From: a virus
Lineage: Duplodnaviria > Caudoviricetes
Virus record (IMG/VR): IMGVR_UViG_3300033066_001625
Coordinates: 1 to 64,000 of that record
Length of the DNA: 64,000 nucleotides
Reading direction: 5' to 3' (one strand)
This document shows positions 17,256-27,632 of this stretch, in pieces. The position numbers were made by a program, and so were the translations under genes. The notes below the pieces were generated by a model. That model was given only the letters and a program-made list of their open reading frames with translations, was not told where the DNA came from and searched no databases. Numbering within the stretch: position 1 is the first letter of the stretch; each line of letters begins with the position of its first letter.

Positions 17256-19472
17256 ATGGTTAATGATAATCCAGCTGATCTAAATGCAACATCAGATGCT
17301 GCCAATAAAACTGCGCAAGCTCTTGATGCTTTGGCTGCTGCATCCAAAAATTCTGGCGATAAGTTGAATAATTTAGGAAACTTCGCCCTTGGCGCTAAAG
17401 ATGCTTTAGGTTCTTTCAATGACACTTTGGCTAACTATGGGATTTCTCTTAACAAATCCATGGCTCTCACTGAAAAGCAAACTACTCAATTTGGTTTGCT
17501 TAGTGCTGCCGTTTTAGGAACTAGAGAATCTTTCAATAATCTTCATAACATAGATACCAATAATCTAAGTACCCTCACAAATCAAATAGAATATTTAACA
17601 ACTACTTTTACTGATGCCAAAAGTGGAATTGGTCAGTTAGTAAATTTTGCTCAACAATCTTTTGGTAGAATGGTTCCAGAAGCAGTAATTAGGCAAGGTA
17701 TTTCTGCTGTTAAGAACTTTGTTCTTAACATGGCACAAAGTGCTGACAATGCATTGAGAGTACAAAATGCGTATATTCAATTATCCGCCAAAACTGGTAA
17801 CTTATCAGAAGTATTTGCGGCAGCTGGACCTAATTTAGAAAATCTGAATGCTCTATTAGAAAAACAAACGGCATTAGTTGCTAACGCGGTTAAAACTACG
17901 GGTTTAGCTCCTGAAGTAGTTCAGAATTATTATGCTCAACTTGGAACCATTCCGAAAGCCCTGGAAGCAAACGTAAAAAGTAGCGGAAGTGCCTCTGAAT
18001 CTATTAGCATGTTGACTGCTACAATTAAATTAGCTACTGGAACTGGTCGTTCTTACGCTGATGTAATTGATGATTTGAAAGTGGCTTTCAAAGATTACAA
18101 TTTGACTGGTGAAGATGCTTTGAAGTTTACCGCTCGCATCAGCGAAGTTAGTAATAAGTTTGGAACCAATTTAGATGTTGTGAGAGACTCGTTAAGAGGA
18201 ACCGCTAACGTTTTCAAGATGTTTGGTAATGAAGCAGAAGCATCAGCTAGAATCTTGAATAACTATGTAGGAGCATTGAAATCCACCGGATTAAGTGGAG
18301 ATGCTGCGGTGGATGTGGTAACCAACATGACTCATGCGGTAGCTAATTTGAATATAGCACAAAAGGCATTTTTATCTGCCCAAACTGGTGGACCAGGTGG
18401 TCTTATGGGTGGATTTCAAATTGAAAAAATGCTACGTGAAGGAAAAATGGATCAAGTATTTGAGAAGATTAGAACTCAAATGCAGAAACAATTTGGGCAA
18501 ATTGTTACCTTGGATGAGGCTGCTAGAAGCCCGCAAGCCGCTGCTCAAATGACTAAACAAATGATGGTTCTTAGACAAGGACCTATGGGTCAATTTGCTA
18601 GAACTGATCAAGAAGCTATGAGGATTTTGGAAGGATTTAGAGCTAAACAAGAAGGTAGAGTTGCCACAACTGATTTGTCAGGTCGTGTAGTGCAAGAGTC
18701 AGTTGATAAAGGTACAGCCATACAAGAGAAATCTTATACCGAATTAAGTAGAATCCGTGGCATCTTAGAGGGTGGTAGAGGTACTGCTGACATAGCCAAT
18801 TTAGGATTCATGCAACAAAGTATGACAGCCGGTATGGGACAACAAACTCAATTGTCTGAAGCACAAAGAAAATCTAAAGCAAACCTAACTCAATTCATGA
18901 CCGTCTCTGGTGTTGAAGGTGGCGACATAGCTCAAGATTACGCCAGAGACATTAGAACAAGGGCTCCAATTGCTGACGCCGGTAAGAGAGCTGCCGCTTC
19001 TGTCATGGAATTCTATAAATTGTTTGGAGATATTCCTCAAAGCATGCAGGCACCGATTGACGCTTTGAAACAAGCAATTGGGTCTGGTAAGGCAATCAAT
19101 AAATCTGCCGAATTAAAATTGAGAGAAGATATTGAAAGAGCAAAAGCTGAGGCAGCTAAGAAGCCAAAAGCTGAAAGAGATCGTGCTATGGCAGCCATCA
19201 AAAGGCAGGAAGCAGTACTAATAGATTATTCTCCTTCTGGTGTGGTTGGGGCTGCTGCCAATAGAGCTACTGGGGTTATGGGAGCTGGTCGACAAAGAAT
19301 CAATGTTCCTGGTGCTCCTGGCAATCAAGATGGAAGAGTAGGTATGGCTCCTCCCCCAGGGAAATTGGGCGAATTGACAGTACATATAGATGGATATTGT
19401 ATCAAGTGTAAGAGAGAAATTGAAGGCGGAGCACAGGCAGCCGCAGTTAACCCTGTAGGTATGAGGACTTAA
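17256..19472 (+). CDS. Tape measure protein
   Basis: Follows the chaperone pair; Ala/Gln/Leu-rich and helical, 738 aa. Confidence 0.8.
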   Translation: MVNDNPADLNATSDAANKTAQALDALAAASKNSGDKLNNLGNFALGAKDALGSFNDTLANYGISLNKSMALTEKQTTQFGLLSAAVLGTRESFNNLHNIDTNNLSTLTNQIEYLTTTFTDAKSGIGQLVNFAQQSFGRMVPEAVIRQGISAVKNFVLNMAQSADNALRVQNAYIQLSAKTGNLSEVFAAAGPNLENLNALLEKQTALVANAVKTTGLAPEVVQNYYAQLGTIPKALEANVKSSGSASESISMLTATIKLATGTGRSYADVIDDLKVAFKDYNLTGEDALKFTARISEVSNKFGTNLDVVRDSLRGTANVFKMFGNEAEASARILNNYVGALKSTGLSGDAAVDVVTNMTHAVANLNIAQKAFLSAQTGGPGGLMGGFQIEKMLREGKMDQVFEKIRTQMQKQFGQIVTLDEAARSPQAAAQMTKQMMVLRQGPMGQFARTDQEAMRILEGFRAKQEGRVATTDLSGRVVQESVDKGTAIQEKSYTELSRIRGILEGGRGTADIANLGFMQQSMTAGMGQQTQLSEAQRKSKANLTQFMTVSGVEGGDIAQDYARDIRTRAPIADAGKRAAASVMEFYKLFGDIPQSMQAPIDALKQAIGSGKAINKSAELKLREDIERAKAEAAKKPKAERDRAMAAIKRQEAVLIDYSPSGVVGAAANRATGVMGAGRQRINVPGAPGNQDGRVGMAPPPGKLGELTVHIDGYCIKCKREIEGGAQAAAVNPVGMRT

Positions 19473-19474
19473 AT

Positions 19475-20326
19475 ATGGCATTAGGTGATGTAATCAATGG
19501 TATCAATTCTGTTCAAAATGCATTGAATGGAGCTTCTCCATTAAATGCCGATCAAACTAGTCAGTTCAAATCTGATGGCTTTCTTTTGCCTGCTACTTAT
19601 TCGGCAGACGGCACAGGCTTACCATCTAGCAAAGTTGCAACTTTTAGAGAGTCTCAACTCAAAAGAAACATTATTACTTGGTTCGTTCCACAATTTGGAA
19701 TAGTAAGAATGTTCGTTAATCCATCTTCTATCAGTTACTCTCATAGAAAACTAATTAACAAGGATAGAACTAAAGGCGGATATACGCTTCAATATTGGGG
19801 AGAAGAATTAGATACAATCAATATTTCTGGTACTACAGGCAGTTCAGGTATTGAAGGTATTAACGTTCTATATGAAATTTACAGAGCAGAACAATATGCT
19901 TTTGATTCTACTGGTTTGACCCTGGCTGCAAACAATGCTGCAACCGCTTTATCTAATGTTTTTTCCAATGTGGGAGGCGCTATTGGTGGTGCAGTAGGTG
20001 GAGCTATTGGTGGTGCTGTCGGAGGTCTTTTAGGAACAAGTACTCCTAATGGTAACTTAGCTGCTCAAAACATTCCTTCTTTGGCACAACAAGCGTTTAC
20101 TGTAGAGATGTACTACAATGGTTGGGCTTACAGGGGTTATTTTGAAAATATGACCGTTAATGAGAGGGCGGATAATTTCTTAATGGAATATCAAATGACA
20201 TTCGTTGCAACTCAAAGAAGAGGATATAGAGTCAATTACTTCCCTTGGGCAAAAAGCGCAACCAATGGTCCAAGTCAATACACCACACCTCCATCATTTT
20301 CTGGAAGTGTTAATTCAGGGTTTTAA
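19475..20326 (+). CDS. Tail tube initiator / baseplate-tube junction protein
   Basis: Follows the TMP; motif FVNPSSISYS...GGYTLQYWGEELDTINISGTTG typical of tube-initiator proteins; internal glycine zipper. Confidence 0.65.
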   Translation: MALGDVINGINSVQNALNGASPLNADQTSQFKSDGFLLPATYSADGTGLPSSKVATFRESQLKRNIITWFVPQFGIVRMFVNPSSISYSHRKLINKDRTKGGYTLQYWGEELDTINISGTTGSSGIEGINVLYEIYRAEQYAFDSTGLTLAANNAATALSNVFSNVGGAIGGAVGGAIGGAVGGLLGTSTPNGNLAAQNIPSLAQQAFTVEMYYNGWAYRGYFENMTVNERADNFLMEYQMTFVATQRRGYRVNYFPWAKSATNGPSQYTTPPSFSGSVNSGF

Positions 20327-20328
20327 CA

Positions 20329-23300
20329 ATGGGTTTTTTAGGCGATTTAGCTGGAGCAATTAATAGCCAATTTTTTGCTGGCGAAAATAACAATCACACT
20401 TTGGATGCCGTAGTTCTTGGACAAAACATGAAGTACGGCACCTTAGGCGATTTTGCATCTAAGTTTGATCAATCAGCACAACGCAGATACATTGAAGAAG
20501 GTTATTTAAGAACTGATCCATATAACGCCGACCCCAAACAACTAGAAGTTCTATTCCAAGAACCTAATGCAACTGTGTTTGTGAAGAAAAGAATGTTTTC
20601 TTCTGTTGCAGAAAACTTCAGACCTGATTTCATGGATCAAGATGAAAAGTTGTATTATCGTGCCATGAAATTTTTATTCCAAAACAAATGTAATGCTATT
20701 GCTGCTTTGGAAAGATTATCTAAAATTCAACAAGTTACCTCGGCTGCTGGTAATATCAGCGATCAATTAGTTCCTATTATTGCTACTTTTTCAGATATCA
20801 TTAACAGCAATTCTGGCGGTAGTTTATTCAATTCCATTAGTGGTGGTGGGTTTGGTGGAATTACCGATGCTACTGCTTTATCACAGACTATGGATAAGGT
20901 AAGAAGAATCTATGGATTTAATACCACCAATAAATCTACTACCTGGATAACCGATACTACCAATCTATTTCAATCACAATTTGGTCAAGGAACTGGTGTT
21001 ATTGAAATTACCAATTTTACTAATCTAAGCACTAACGTTTCGGTGGATGGTATTAAAAATCCTGGCTCATTCAATTTAACTATTACTGATCCTTACGAAT
21101 CTATGTTGATTACGGATTGGGATATCGAAAAAGCTATTAGTGATGCTACCAATATGTTTAGCAATCATGGTATTTTTCAATTCGCCACTCAGTCGGCAGA
21201 TCAGACTATTAATGATGCTCAAAACAGATTGAGCCAACTAAGAGCCGCTCGCGGGGCTAGTCCCATTTCATTAAAAATAGATCCAGATACTTTGCTTGGA
21301 AAAAGAGTTACTGCCGTTCTAGATAGAATTGGAATGGAATTGGTATTCACTTACAATGGTGGATTTGGCGGTATTGGTGGCGGCGTAGATGTTGCCCCGG
21401 AGTATTTACAAGGTGGTGCTATTGCCGGATTTGATGGATTAAGCACTAAACCAGGCATAGGTATTGGTAGCAGCGGTAATATCAGACAAGCAATTCCAGA
21501 TACAGAGTTGAAAGTTTTTACCAACCTAATAACCTCTGTATTTAACAAGATGGAGTTATTAGGAAATTCTAGAAATGCTTTTCAATTAACAAATAAGTCT
21601 ACTAATTATGCTCGTAAGAAATTGAGATTCAATTTCTCTGGACAATTGATTATCCAGCCAATGGATGTAGTACATATTTATATGAGTAGCAAAAGCAGAT
21701 ACGACACCAAGTTGTTATCTGGTCTACAAAATATGTTTACTGGTTTGGGTGCTCTTCAAAACTTAGATAAAACAGTTACAAATTTGACCAACTCTGTTAC
21801 CGCACTATTTAATCCTTCTGGAAATGTCAGTTTACAAGCAGAGAAGGCTGCTTATGTTGGAGCCGATTTTCCCAATTATTTGTGGACTGCTCTAAGAGGT
21901 CAATTTGTTAATGAAAAAGAAGGAACTCACGTTTTTGCGGGTGTAGTAAGTGATGCCACTGATTCATGGTCAGATGGTAAGTTTACTGTTAACGTCAGTG
22001 GTAGAGATAATACAGCTTATTTCGATCAAGGCAAGGTAAACTTCAAGCCAGGTGTAGATTCTTTTAACGGTGCTATTTACGATACGCTAACTCCATTCAA
22101 ATCTAATTTTGATACTATCACCAGCAATGCTAAGAATGATACTCCGCAATTGTTAGACGAAAACATTGCTATTCTTGGAACCTCACAAGATAAAAAAGGT
22201 TTGTTGAAAGCCAAGGCTGGACCCACCGCTGGACAAAAAATAACAAGCGATACTTTCTTCCAAGGTATTTTGGTAGATCCCAATACTGGAAATGTAAGTA
22301 AAGAAGTTTTTGCTCCCGATGGATTAGTTTATAAATGGAAAGAAGGAATTGGAGTATTCGTTCAATTTGGTAATTCATTAGACTTGAATGATCCAAACAA
22401 AGTAGGTAATCCTAATATTGCTAAAGAGCCGTTTGCCGGACAGGATGTAATGAATGTTATTTCATTACTGATTACTGGTAAACCATATAACTATGCTAAT
22501 TATTGGAGAGCTACTGCCAATATAGATGGATTTGGAAGAGATCCTCAAAGCCAGCAAGATGCCGCACATTCATATATTTCATCATTAAGAAATGAGTTAG
22601 TTAAGAGTAATACTTTGTGGGGTAATTTCATTCCATTCAAAAACTTGACTGTGGATGAACAAAGTTTTGCTCTGGCTATGCAATCACAATTCAGGGTCGT
22701 ACAAAAAAATAAAGATTTGGATGCTAAGTTACAGAAGCTAGCTGATTTGAATAGAGATGCTTCATTATTTGGTGCGGCTTCTGTTTTTTCTGATGTTGGT
22801 AATAGTTTCAATCCACAATTCTTAGAAGTTAAGGCTCAGTTAACAAACTTGCAAGAGTCTATTCAGAGCGATATTGATAACATTCAAAAAGCAGACAGTG
22901 ACTACAACCAATTAGCAGCTGCTTCGGGTCCAGATGCCACTTTCGATAGTGGTGGAGATTCAAACCTTAGTGCCAGCGGACCTTCAAATCCTTCTAATCC
23001 AAATACTAGAAGAGAGTTAAGAAGACAATTGAATTATTTGACTCGTCGTATGTCTTACAATGTTAGGGCTAATGAAGACAAAAATCTATTTATCGTAGAT
23101 GACTTCTACGATAAGGATTTTGATATTCTGGCTTACGAACAATCCTTAACAGATGGTATCAAGTTATACAATAATGATTTCAATTCTGTTAGAGAAAAGA
23201 TTATCCTAGCTTCTGATTTATTAAATCTAGAAGTATTTGCAGACACTCAAGGTCATATTAGAGTTCGTCCGCCACAATATAATAGAATGCCAAGTTCAAT

Positions 23301-25248
23301 TTTCTATAGAATGATGTATTTGAAACAGGCTTATGGTATTCAAATCTTTCCACAATTTTTATCAGATATCTTTGGAAATCAAATAGACACTCTAAGAAAA
23401 AGAATTGAAATCATAGAAGATATGATTAGGTTAGATTGTGCTATTTTGAATTATGGGAATGATGACTCTGCCACCCAATTCATTGCATCGAGCGGCGCCA
23501 CTAGCGGCACAGGAGATTCATTTAGTTTCATTTCAGATAACACTGGAGCAATTACTGATGTCAATCAACTAATCAAGGCTTCTAGTTCAGATCCTCTAGA
23601 TACATCGGTACAAGATTTAACTTCCGTATTATTAGGACAAGCAAAATCTACTAAAATTGTTTTCTCCAATTCACAAAGATACTCAGCAATAGTAACTCAA
23701 TTGATGGCTCAAGGATTAGGATTACAGGGTTATTCTGTACAAAACATATTTACCTCTAACAATAACAGTTACGTTCAAACTTTGATCAGCAGAATACAGA
23801 CTAAATCAGGTCAAAGAATAGACAAAAAAGACTACATTTCTAATAACGGTGATGGTCAAAAAGATGTTGTAGTTCCGCTTGGACAAACCATTGATGTGTT
23901 CAAAGTTACTAAAGAATTACAAGAAAAAATACAGGACAGGCAAAAAGCTATCAAATTATTTTATTCAGCCATCAAGAGCTCCACAGAATTCAAATCGTTG
24001 GATGATCAAAGCCTACAAACTGGTAGTCAATTATTAGCTCCTGGAATTTTTGGAAACTCTAATGTTCCAGAAGTATATGAGCATATGATTGAAGATGAAA
24101 CTTATGATGATTACGGTCCTGGTTCAGGCTCTAGATATATTATCAAAAGAGCACAAATAAAAAATATCCAAATTTCAGTCAATCCGCCTGATTTTACTAT
24201 GGTTGAAGTGCAGGGAGTATTGAATACATTTGCTCCGAATGCTTTACCAGAAGGATTAAATTCATTCCCAGATAATGGAAATGGTTTGGTAACAGCCGTG
24301 GCAGTAGATTATGATTCATGGAGAAATTATGGATTCAAAAATGCCGCTACTATTAGAGTTCCATTTTTGAGCGATCCTAATTCACAATGTGCGCCATATG
24401 CCAGTATGATTTTGAGCCGTAATAGAAAAAATATTCTTAGAGGAAGCGTTACTATTTCAGGCAATGAATATATGCAGCCAGGAGAAGTTGTTTTCTTGCA
24501 AGACAGACAAATGCTGTTCTACGTCACCGCTGTCAAACATAATTTTGGATTTGGTAATACATTCACTACTACTTTGGATTTATCTTATGGTCATTCTCCG
24601 GGAGAGTATATTCCAACAACACTTGATGTTATTGGTAAAATGATTTACAATAACAGAGATATTGCCGGATATACAATTCAAAGACAAACTAATTCCGGAA
24701 ATGAAAACAATCTAGGAGTAGTAATTAAAGATCCATCTAGTACAGGTGGTGCAGCATCTTTATCTACACAAAATGCCCCGCCCAATTCCTTCAGTGCATT
24801 TAATAGTCAAACATTGAATAACATTATGTTTACGGCTGCCTATACTGTTAATGCAAACAATACTAAGGGAAATAACGTTACGGCTAACGTAGAGTTAAGA
24901 ATTTATCATGATGGTGGCGGAGCTGATAGTGGTTTGAATTCTTTTGCAAGTAATATAAAAGACATTTTGACTGGAAAATCTGGTGACCCTAATAGTCCTA
25001 TCAAAAACCAATCATTCTCTCCAGACAATGTTAATATTGTAGCTGTCAATTTAGAAGATGTCAATGATAGAAGATCCCCAAGTCAGAAAGCTATAGATGC
25101 TGCGCGTAACCAGGTATCAACAAGCACTATTACTCCGGTTTCTACAGACACTACTACGCCCCCAGCAAGTGCTGATAAAATAAGAAAAGCCTTATTCAGT
25201 TATATAGTAGATTGTTGGCTTGTGTTTACACAGAATAGCGGATCTTAA
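20329..25248 (+). CDS. Baseplate hub protein (gp27/gpD/VgrG-like) with large insertions
   Basis: C-terminal hub motif RGSVTISGNEYMQPGEVV...FYVTAVKHNF...FTTTLDLSYG; internal HVFAGVV..ATDSW...VNVSGRD motif. Confidence 0.75.
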   Translation: MGFLGDLAGAINSQFFAGENNNHTLDAVVLGQNMKYGTLGDFASKFDQSAQRRYIEEGYLRTDPYNADPKQLEVLFQEPNATVFVKKRMFSSVAENFRPDFMDQDEKLYYRAMKFLFQNKCNAIAALERLSKIQQVTSAAGNISDQLVPIIATFSDIINSNSGGSLFNSISGGGFGGITDATALSQTMDKVRRIYGFNTTNKSTTWITDTTNLFQSQFGQGTGVIEITNFTNLSTNVSVDGIKNPGSFNLTITDPYESMLITDWDIEKAISDATNMFSNHGIFQFATQSADQTINDAQNRLSQLRAARGASPISLKIDPDTLLGKRVTAVLDRIGMELVFTYNGGFGGIGGGVDVAPEYLQGGAIAGFDGLSTKPGIGIGSSGNIRQAIPDTELKVFTNLITSVFNKMELLGNSRNAFQLTNKSTNYARKKLRFNFSGQLIIQPMDVVHIYMSSKSRYDTKLLSGLQNMFTGLGALQNLDKTVTNLTNSVTALFNPSGNVSLQAEKAAYVGADFPNYLWTALRGQFVNEKEGTHVFAGVVSDATDSWSDGKFTVNVSGRDNTAYFDQGKVNFKPGVDSFNGAIYDTLTPFKSNFDTITSNAKNDTPQLLDENIAILGTSQDKKGLLKAKAGPTAGQKITSDTFFQGILVDPNTGNVSKEVFAPDGLVYKWKEGIGVFVQFGNSLDLNDPNKVGNPNIAKEPFAGQDVMNVISLLITGKPYNYANYWRATANIDGFGRDPQSQQDAAHSYISSLRNELVKSNTLWGNFIPFKNLTVDEQSFALAMQSQFRVVQKNKDLDAKLQKLADLNRDASLFGAASVFSDVGNSFNPQFLEVKAQLTNLQESIQSDIDNIQKADSDYNQLAAASGPDATFDSGGDSNLSASGPSNPSNPNTRRELRRQLNYLTRRMSYNVRANEDKNLFIVDDFYDKDFDILAYEQSLTDGIKLYNNDFNSVREKIILASDLLNLEVFADTQGHIRVRPPQYNRMPSSIFYRMMYLKQAYGIQIFPQFLSDIFGNQIDTLRKRIEIIEDMIRLDCAILNYGNDDSATQFIASSGATSGTGDSFSFISDNTGAITDVNQLIKASSSDPLDTSVQDLTSVLLGQAKSTKIVFSNSQRYSAIVTQLMAQGLGLQGYSVQNIFTSNNNSYVQTLISRIQTKSGQRIDKKDYISNNGDGQKDVVVPLGQTIDVFKVTKELQEKIQDRQKAIKLFYSAIKSSTEFKSLDDQSLQTGSQLLAPGIFGNSNVPEVYEHMIEDETYDDYGPGSGSRYIIKRAQIKNIQISVNPPDFTMVEVQGVLNTFAPNALPEGLNSFPDNGNGLVTAVAVDYDSWRNYGFKNAATIRVPFLSDPNSQCAPYASMILSRNRKNILRGSVTISGNEYMQPGEVVFLQDRQMLFYVTAVKHNFGFGNTFTTTLDLSYGHSPGEYIPTTLDVIGKMIYNNRDIAGYTIQRQTNSGNENNLGVVIKDPSSTGGAASLSTQNAPPNSFSAFNSQTLNNIMFTAAYTVNANNTKGNNVTANVELRIYHDGGGADSGLNSFASNIKDILTGKSGDPNSPIKNQSFSPDNVNIVAVNLEDVNDRRSPSQKAIDAARNQVSTSTITPVSTDTTTPPASADKIRKALFSYIVDCWLVFTQNSGS

Positions 25249-25252
25249 CACT

Positions 25253-27265
25253 ATGGTAAATAATCATGTTTTCGATGAACAAGTTGGTCTTTTAAGAACC
25301 GGCGCCATTATTGGCTACGACGCCAGTAAAGGTCTGCTTAAAGTAAGACTCAATACTGCTTCATCTATTAGGGGGCGGGCACAATCTGTGGATATACCTG
25401 CACCTCATGCCATGTTTTACAACAACGGTTTATTTATTGGAACCAAACCTATGCCTGGTACACCCGTTGTAGTGGGGCAAGGTAGTGGTGGACAATACTA
25501 TTTCGTTTCATATCTAGCAGAAAATTTACCAGCAGTTCCCACTCTGACAGATGGAGAATTGTTAGTTAGAGCAGCAGACGAATCTAAAATCTCCTTAAAC
25601 ACAAATAATGATATCAATATTGGTGGTTCCAATAATAAAATACATATTAACTCAAAATCTAATTTAATAACCACTAATTTCTATAATGAAAATCATTTCA
25701 CTCAAGCATCAAGAAGGGTTGAGGGTTTAGTTAAAAGAGATTTGAAACCAAATACTAATTTTGATCAGAATTCAAAATTAGAAAATGATAATTATGATTC
25801 TAAGTTCTATGTAATTGGTCTAGATCCGACAGTTAGCCCAAATCCTATTATTACAGGTTCAGGAAAGAATCCTCCTTTTGTAGAGAAAAGAGAAATAGTA
25901 TACGAATTCCAATATTCATCAGAAATAAATGATGACTTATTTGAATCAACCTTGTATGGTAATACCAAACCACCTGCTACTGTTTTTACTTTTCCAAATC
26001 GTAGAAAAAGTAGATCTGATACATTAAGTTTGACTTTAGCATCTCCTAATTATTTGATGGAGACTATCAAGGGAACTGTTGTTGATATTTTCGGAAATAT
26101 CTTAGATTTGAATAGGGTTCCATTACCTATTGGAAAAGATCAGAATACGCTTCGTGCGGCAACTAGTACAGATAAGGTAAAGTCATTTCAATTAATCAAA
26201 GCTTTAGAGAGAAAAAGTCTTGCTTATCATTTTGAACTTAATGCCAGAAAAGATCTGACTGGTCAAAATGGACAGATGACATTACCAGATATTACCTCTA
26301 ATAATGACTATGCTAGAAATAGAAGCCGCTTCTTTTTCGATATTGATAAAGAAGGCGTATTCAAATGGAACGTTCCAGCTTCCAGTGAAACGGGAAACGT
26401 ACCATTACTAACAAGATACGAAAATTACTCTTCATTTGGTCCAGAGGACAACAATAATCCAAATAAGTTAATTTTCAGAGATGATAATCTAGATATTTTC
26501 CAGGATAGTTTTGCCGCCTCCGCTTTTGATATCAATGATGGCACATTTGCTGAGGACAGGGGTTCTATTAAATTGGATAGTGATGGCGCCGATGGCGCGC
26601 CACTAGATAGGATTACAGAATCTCATATCAAGCATGGAACGGCTTATCATGACATTTTGGCGACATGCTACACGCACCAAAAATCTGACTTCTTACAATA
26701 TTGTGCTGATGATACAAATCCAGTATTTAGTAAGAGTGCAGTGGCTAAAATTCCTTTGATAACTAAAGTGGCTCTTGATACTATTACAGTTAGTGGAGAT
26801 AGTGCTAATGCTGGTGGTCGTAGCGGATCTATTAGTTTGGATGGTTCTTTAGATTTGAATATTGGAGCCAATACTTCTGATAGACAATCTTTATGGGCTG
26901 ATTTGGCTGGTGGTATGGTGCTTAATGTTGGTAGAGATATAAACAACATGAGCGGTGCCCTCTCTATGAATGGTGATGTATTTGTTCAAATAGGTGGCAT
27001 GGGTGTATCAACAGACAGCAGATTTGTTAAACAGAACAATGGACATATTGGGGCAGCATTGGATATTAGGGTATTCAATTCTGGCTTAAGAGTAACAATG
27101 ATAAGAATAGATGATGAAGGGGTGAAGATTTTAACTCCAAGCAATTTGGCTATTCATTCTGGTCAAAATATGCGCATTACCGCAGATGCAGACATTGTTA
27201 TTGAATGTGAAACTCTAACTGTGCAAGGAAGAATGGTTAAGAAGGAATTTGGAGGATCTTTATGA
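25253..27265 (+). CDS. Central baseplate spike (gp5/gpV-like)
   Basis: N-terminal OB-fold-like segment (GAIIGYD...LKVRL...PGTPVVVG) and C-terminal beta-strand repeats; follows the hub. ATG 25253. Confidence 0.7.
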   Translation: MVNNHVFDEQVGLLRTGAIIGYDASKGLLKVRLNTASSIRGRAQSVDIPAPHAMFYNNGLFIGTKPMPGTPVVVGQGSGGQYYFVSYLAENLPAVPTLTDGELLVRAADESKISLNTNNDINIGGSNNKIHINSKSNLITTNFYNENHFTQASRRVEGLVKRDLKPNTNFDQNSKLENDNYDSKFYVIGLDPTVSPNPIITGSGKNPPFVEKREIVYEFQYSSEINDDLFESTLYGNTKPPATVFTFPNRRKSRSDTLSLTLASPNYLMETIKGTVVDIFGNILDLNRVPLPIGKDQNTLRAATSTDKVKSFQLIKALERKSLAYHFELNARKDLTGQNGQMTLPDITSNNDYARNRSRFFFDIDKEGVFKWNVPASSETGNVPLLTRYENYSSFGPEDNNNPNKLIFRDDNLDIFQDSFAASAFDINDGTFAEDRGSIKLDSDGADGAPLDRITESHIKHGTAYHDILATCYTHQKSDFLQYCADDTNPVFSKSAVAKIPLITKVALDTITVSGDSANAGGRSGSISLDGSLDLNIGANTSDRQSLWADLAGGMVLNVGRDINNMSGALSMNGDVFVQIGGMGVSTDSRFVKQNNGHIGAALDIRVFNSGLRVTMIRIDDEGVKILTPSNLAIHSGQNMRITADADIVIECETLTVQGRMVKKEFGGSL

Positions 27266-27612
27266 GATTAAAGGTAGGAACATACAATAAGTTAAAGTTG
27301 CAAGCAAATGAAGCTAGGGAACAAGGAATGGAGAAATTAGCTGAGGCTGTAGACACTGCTATTGGCGCTTCTCCACAGTTTGAAGTTTCAGAGTATTCAT
27401 CATCAGATTTGGACAAAGATGTTCATAAAGATTTGTGGAGGATTGCTGCCAAAGTATTAGCATTTCATGATTTAGATGGTGCCAACATTGAACAAATAGA
27501 TCAATCTTTATCTGTATGGGCAGAAAAGATTATTAATGATTTAGAGAAAACATTACAAGTAGCCGATGTGGTAAGAGGTCCGTTAGAGCCTAAATTGCCT
27601 GGTGAAAAATAA
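27262..27612 (+). CDS. Hypothetical protein (baseplate cluster)
   Basis: 116-aa ORF overlapping the spike stop (ATGA); GGAGG upstream. Confidence 0.65.
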   Translation: MRLKVGTYNKLKLQANEAREQGMEKLAEAVDTAIGASPQFEVSEYSSSDLDKDVHKDLWRIAAKVLAFHDLDGANIEQIDQSLSVWAEKIINDLEKTLQVADVVRGPLEPKLPGEK

Positions 27613-27632
27613 CCTGATATATAGTAACACAA

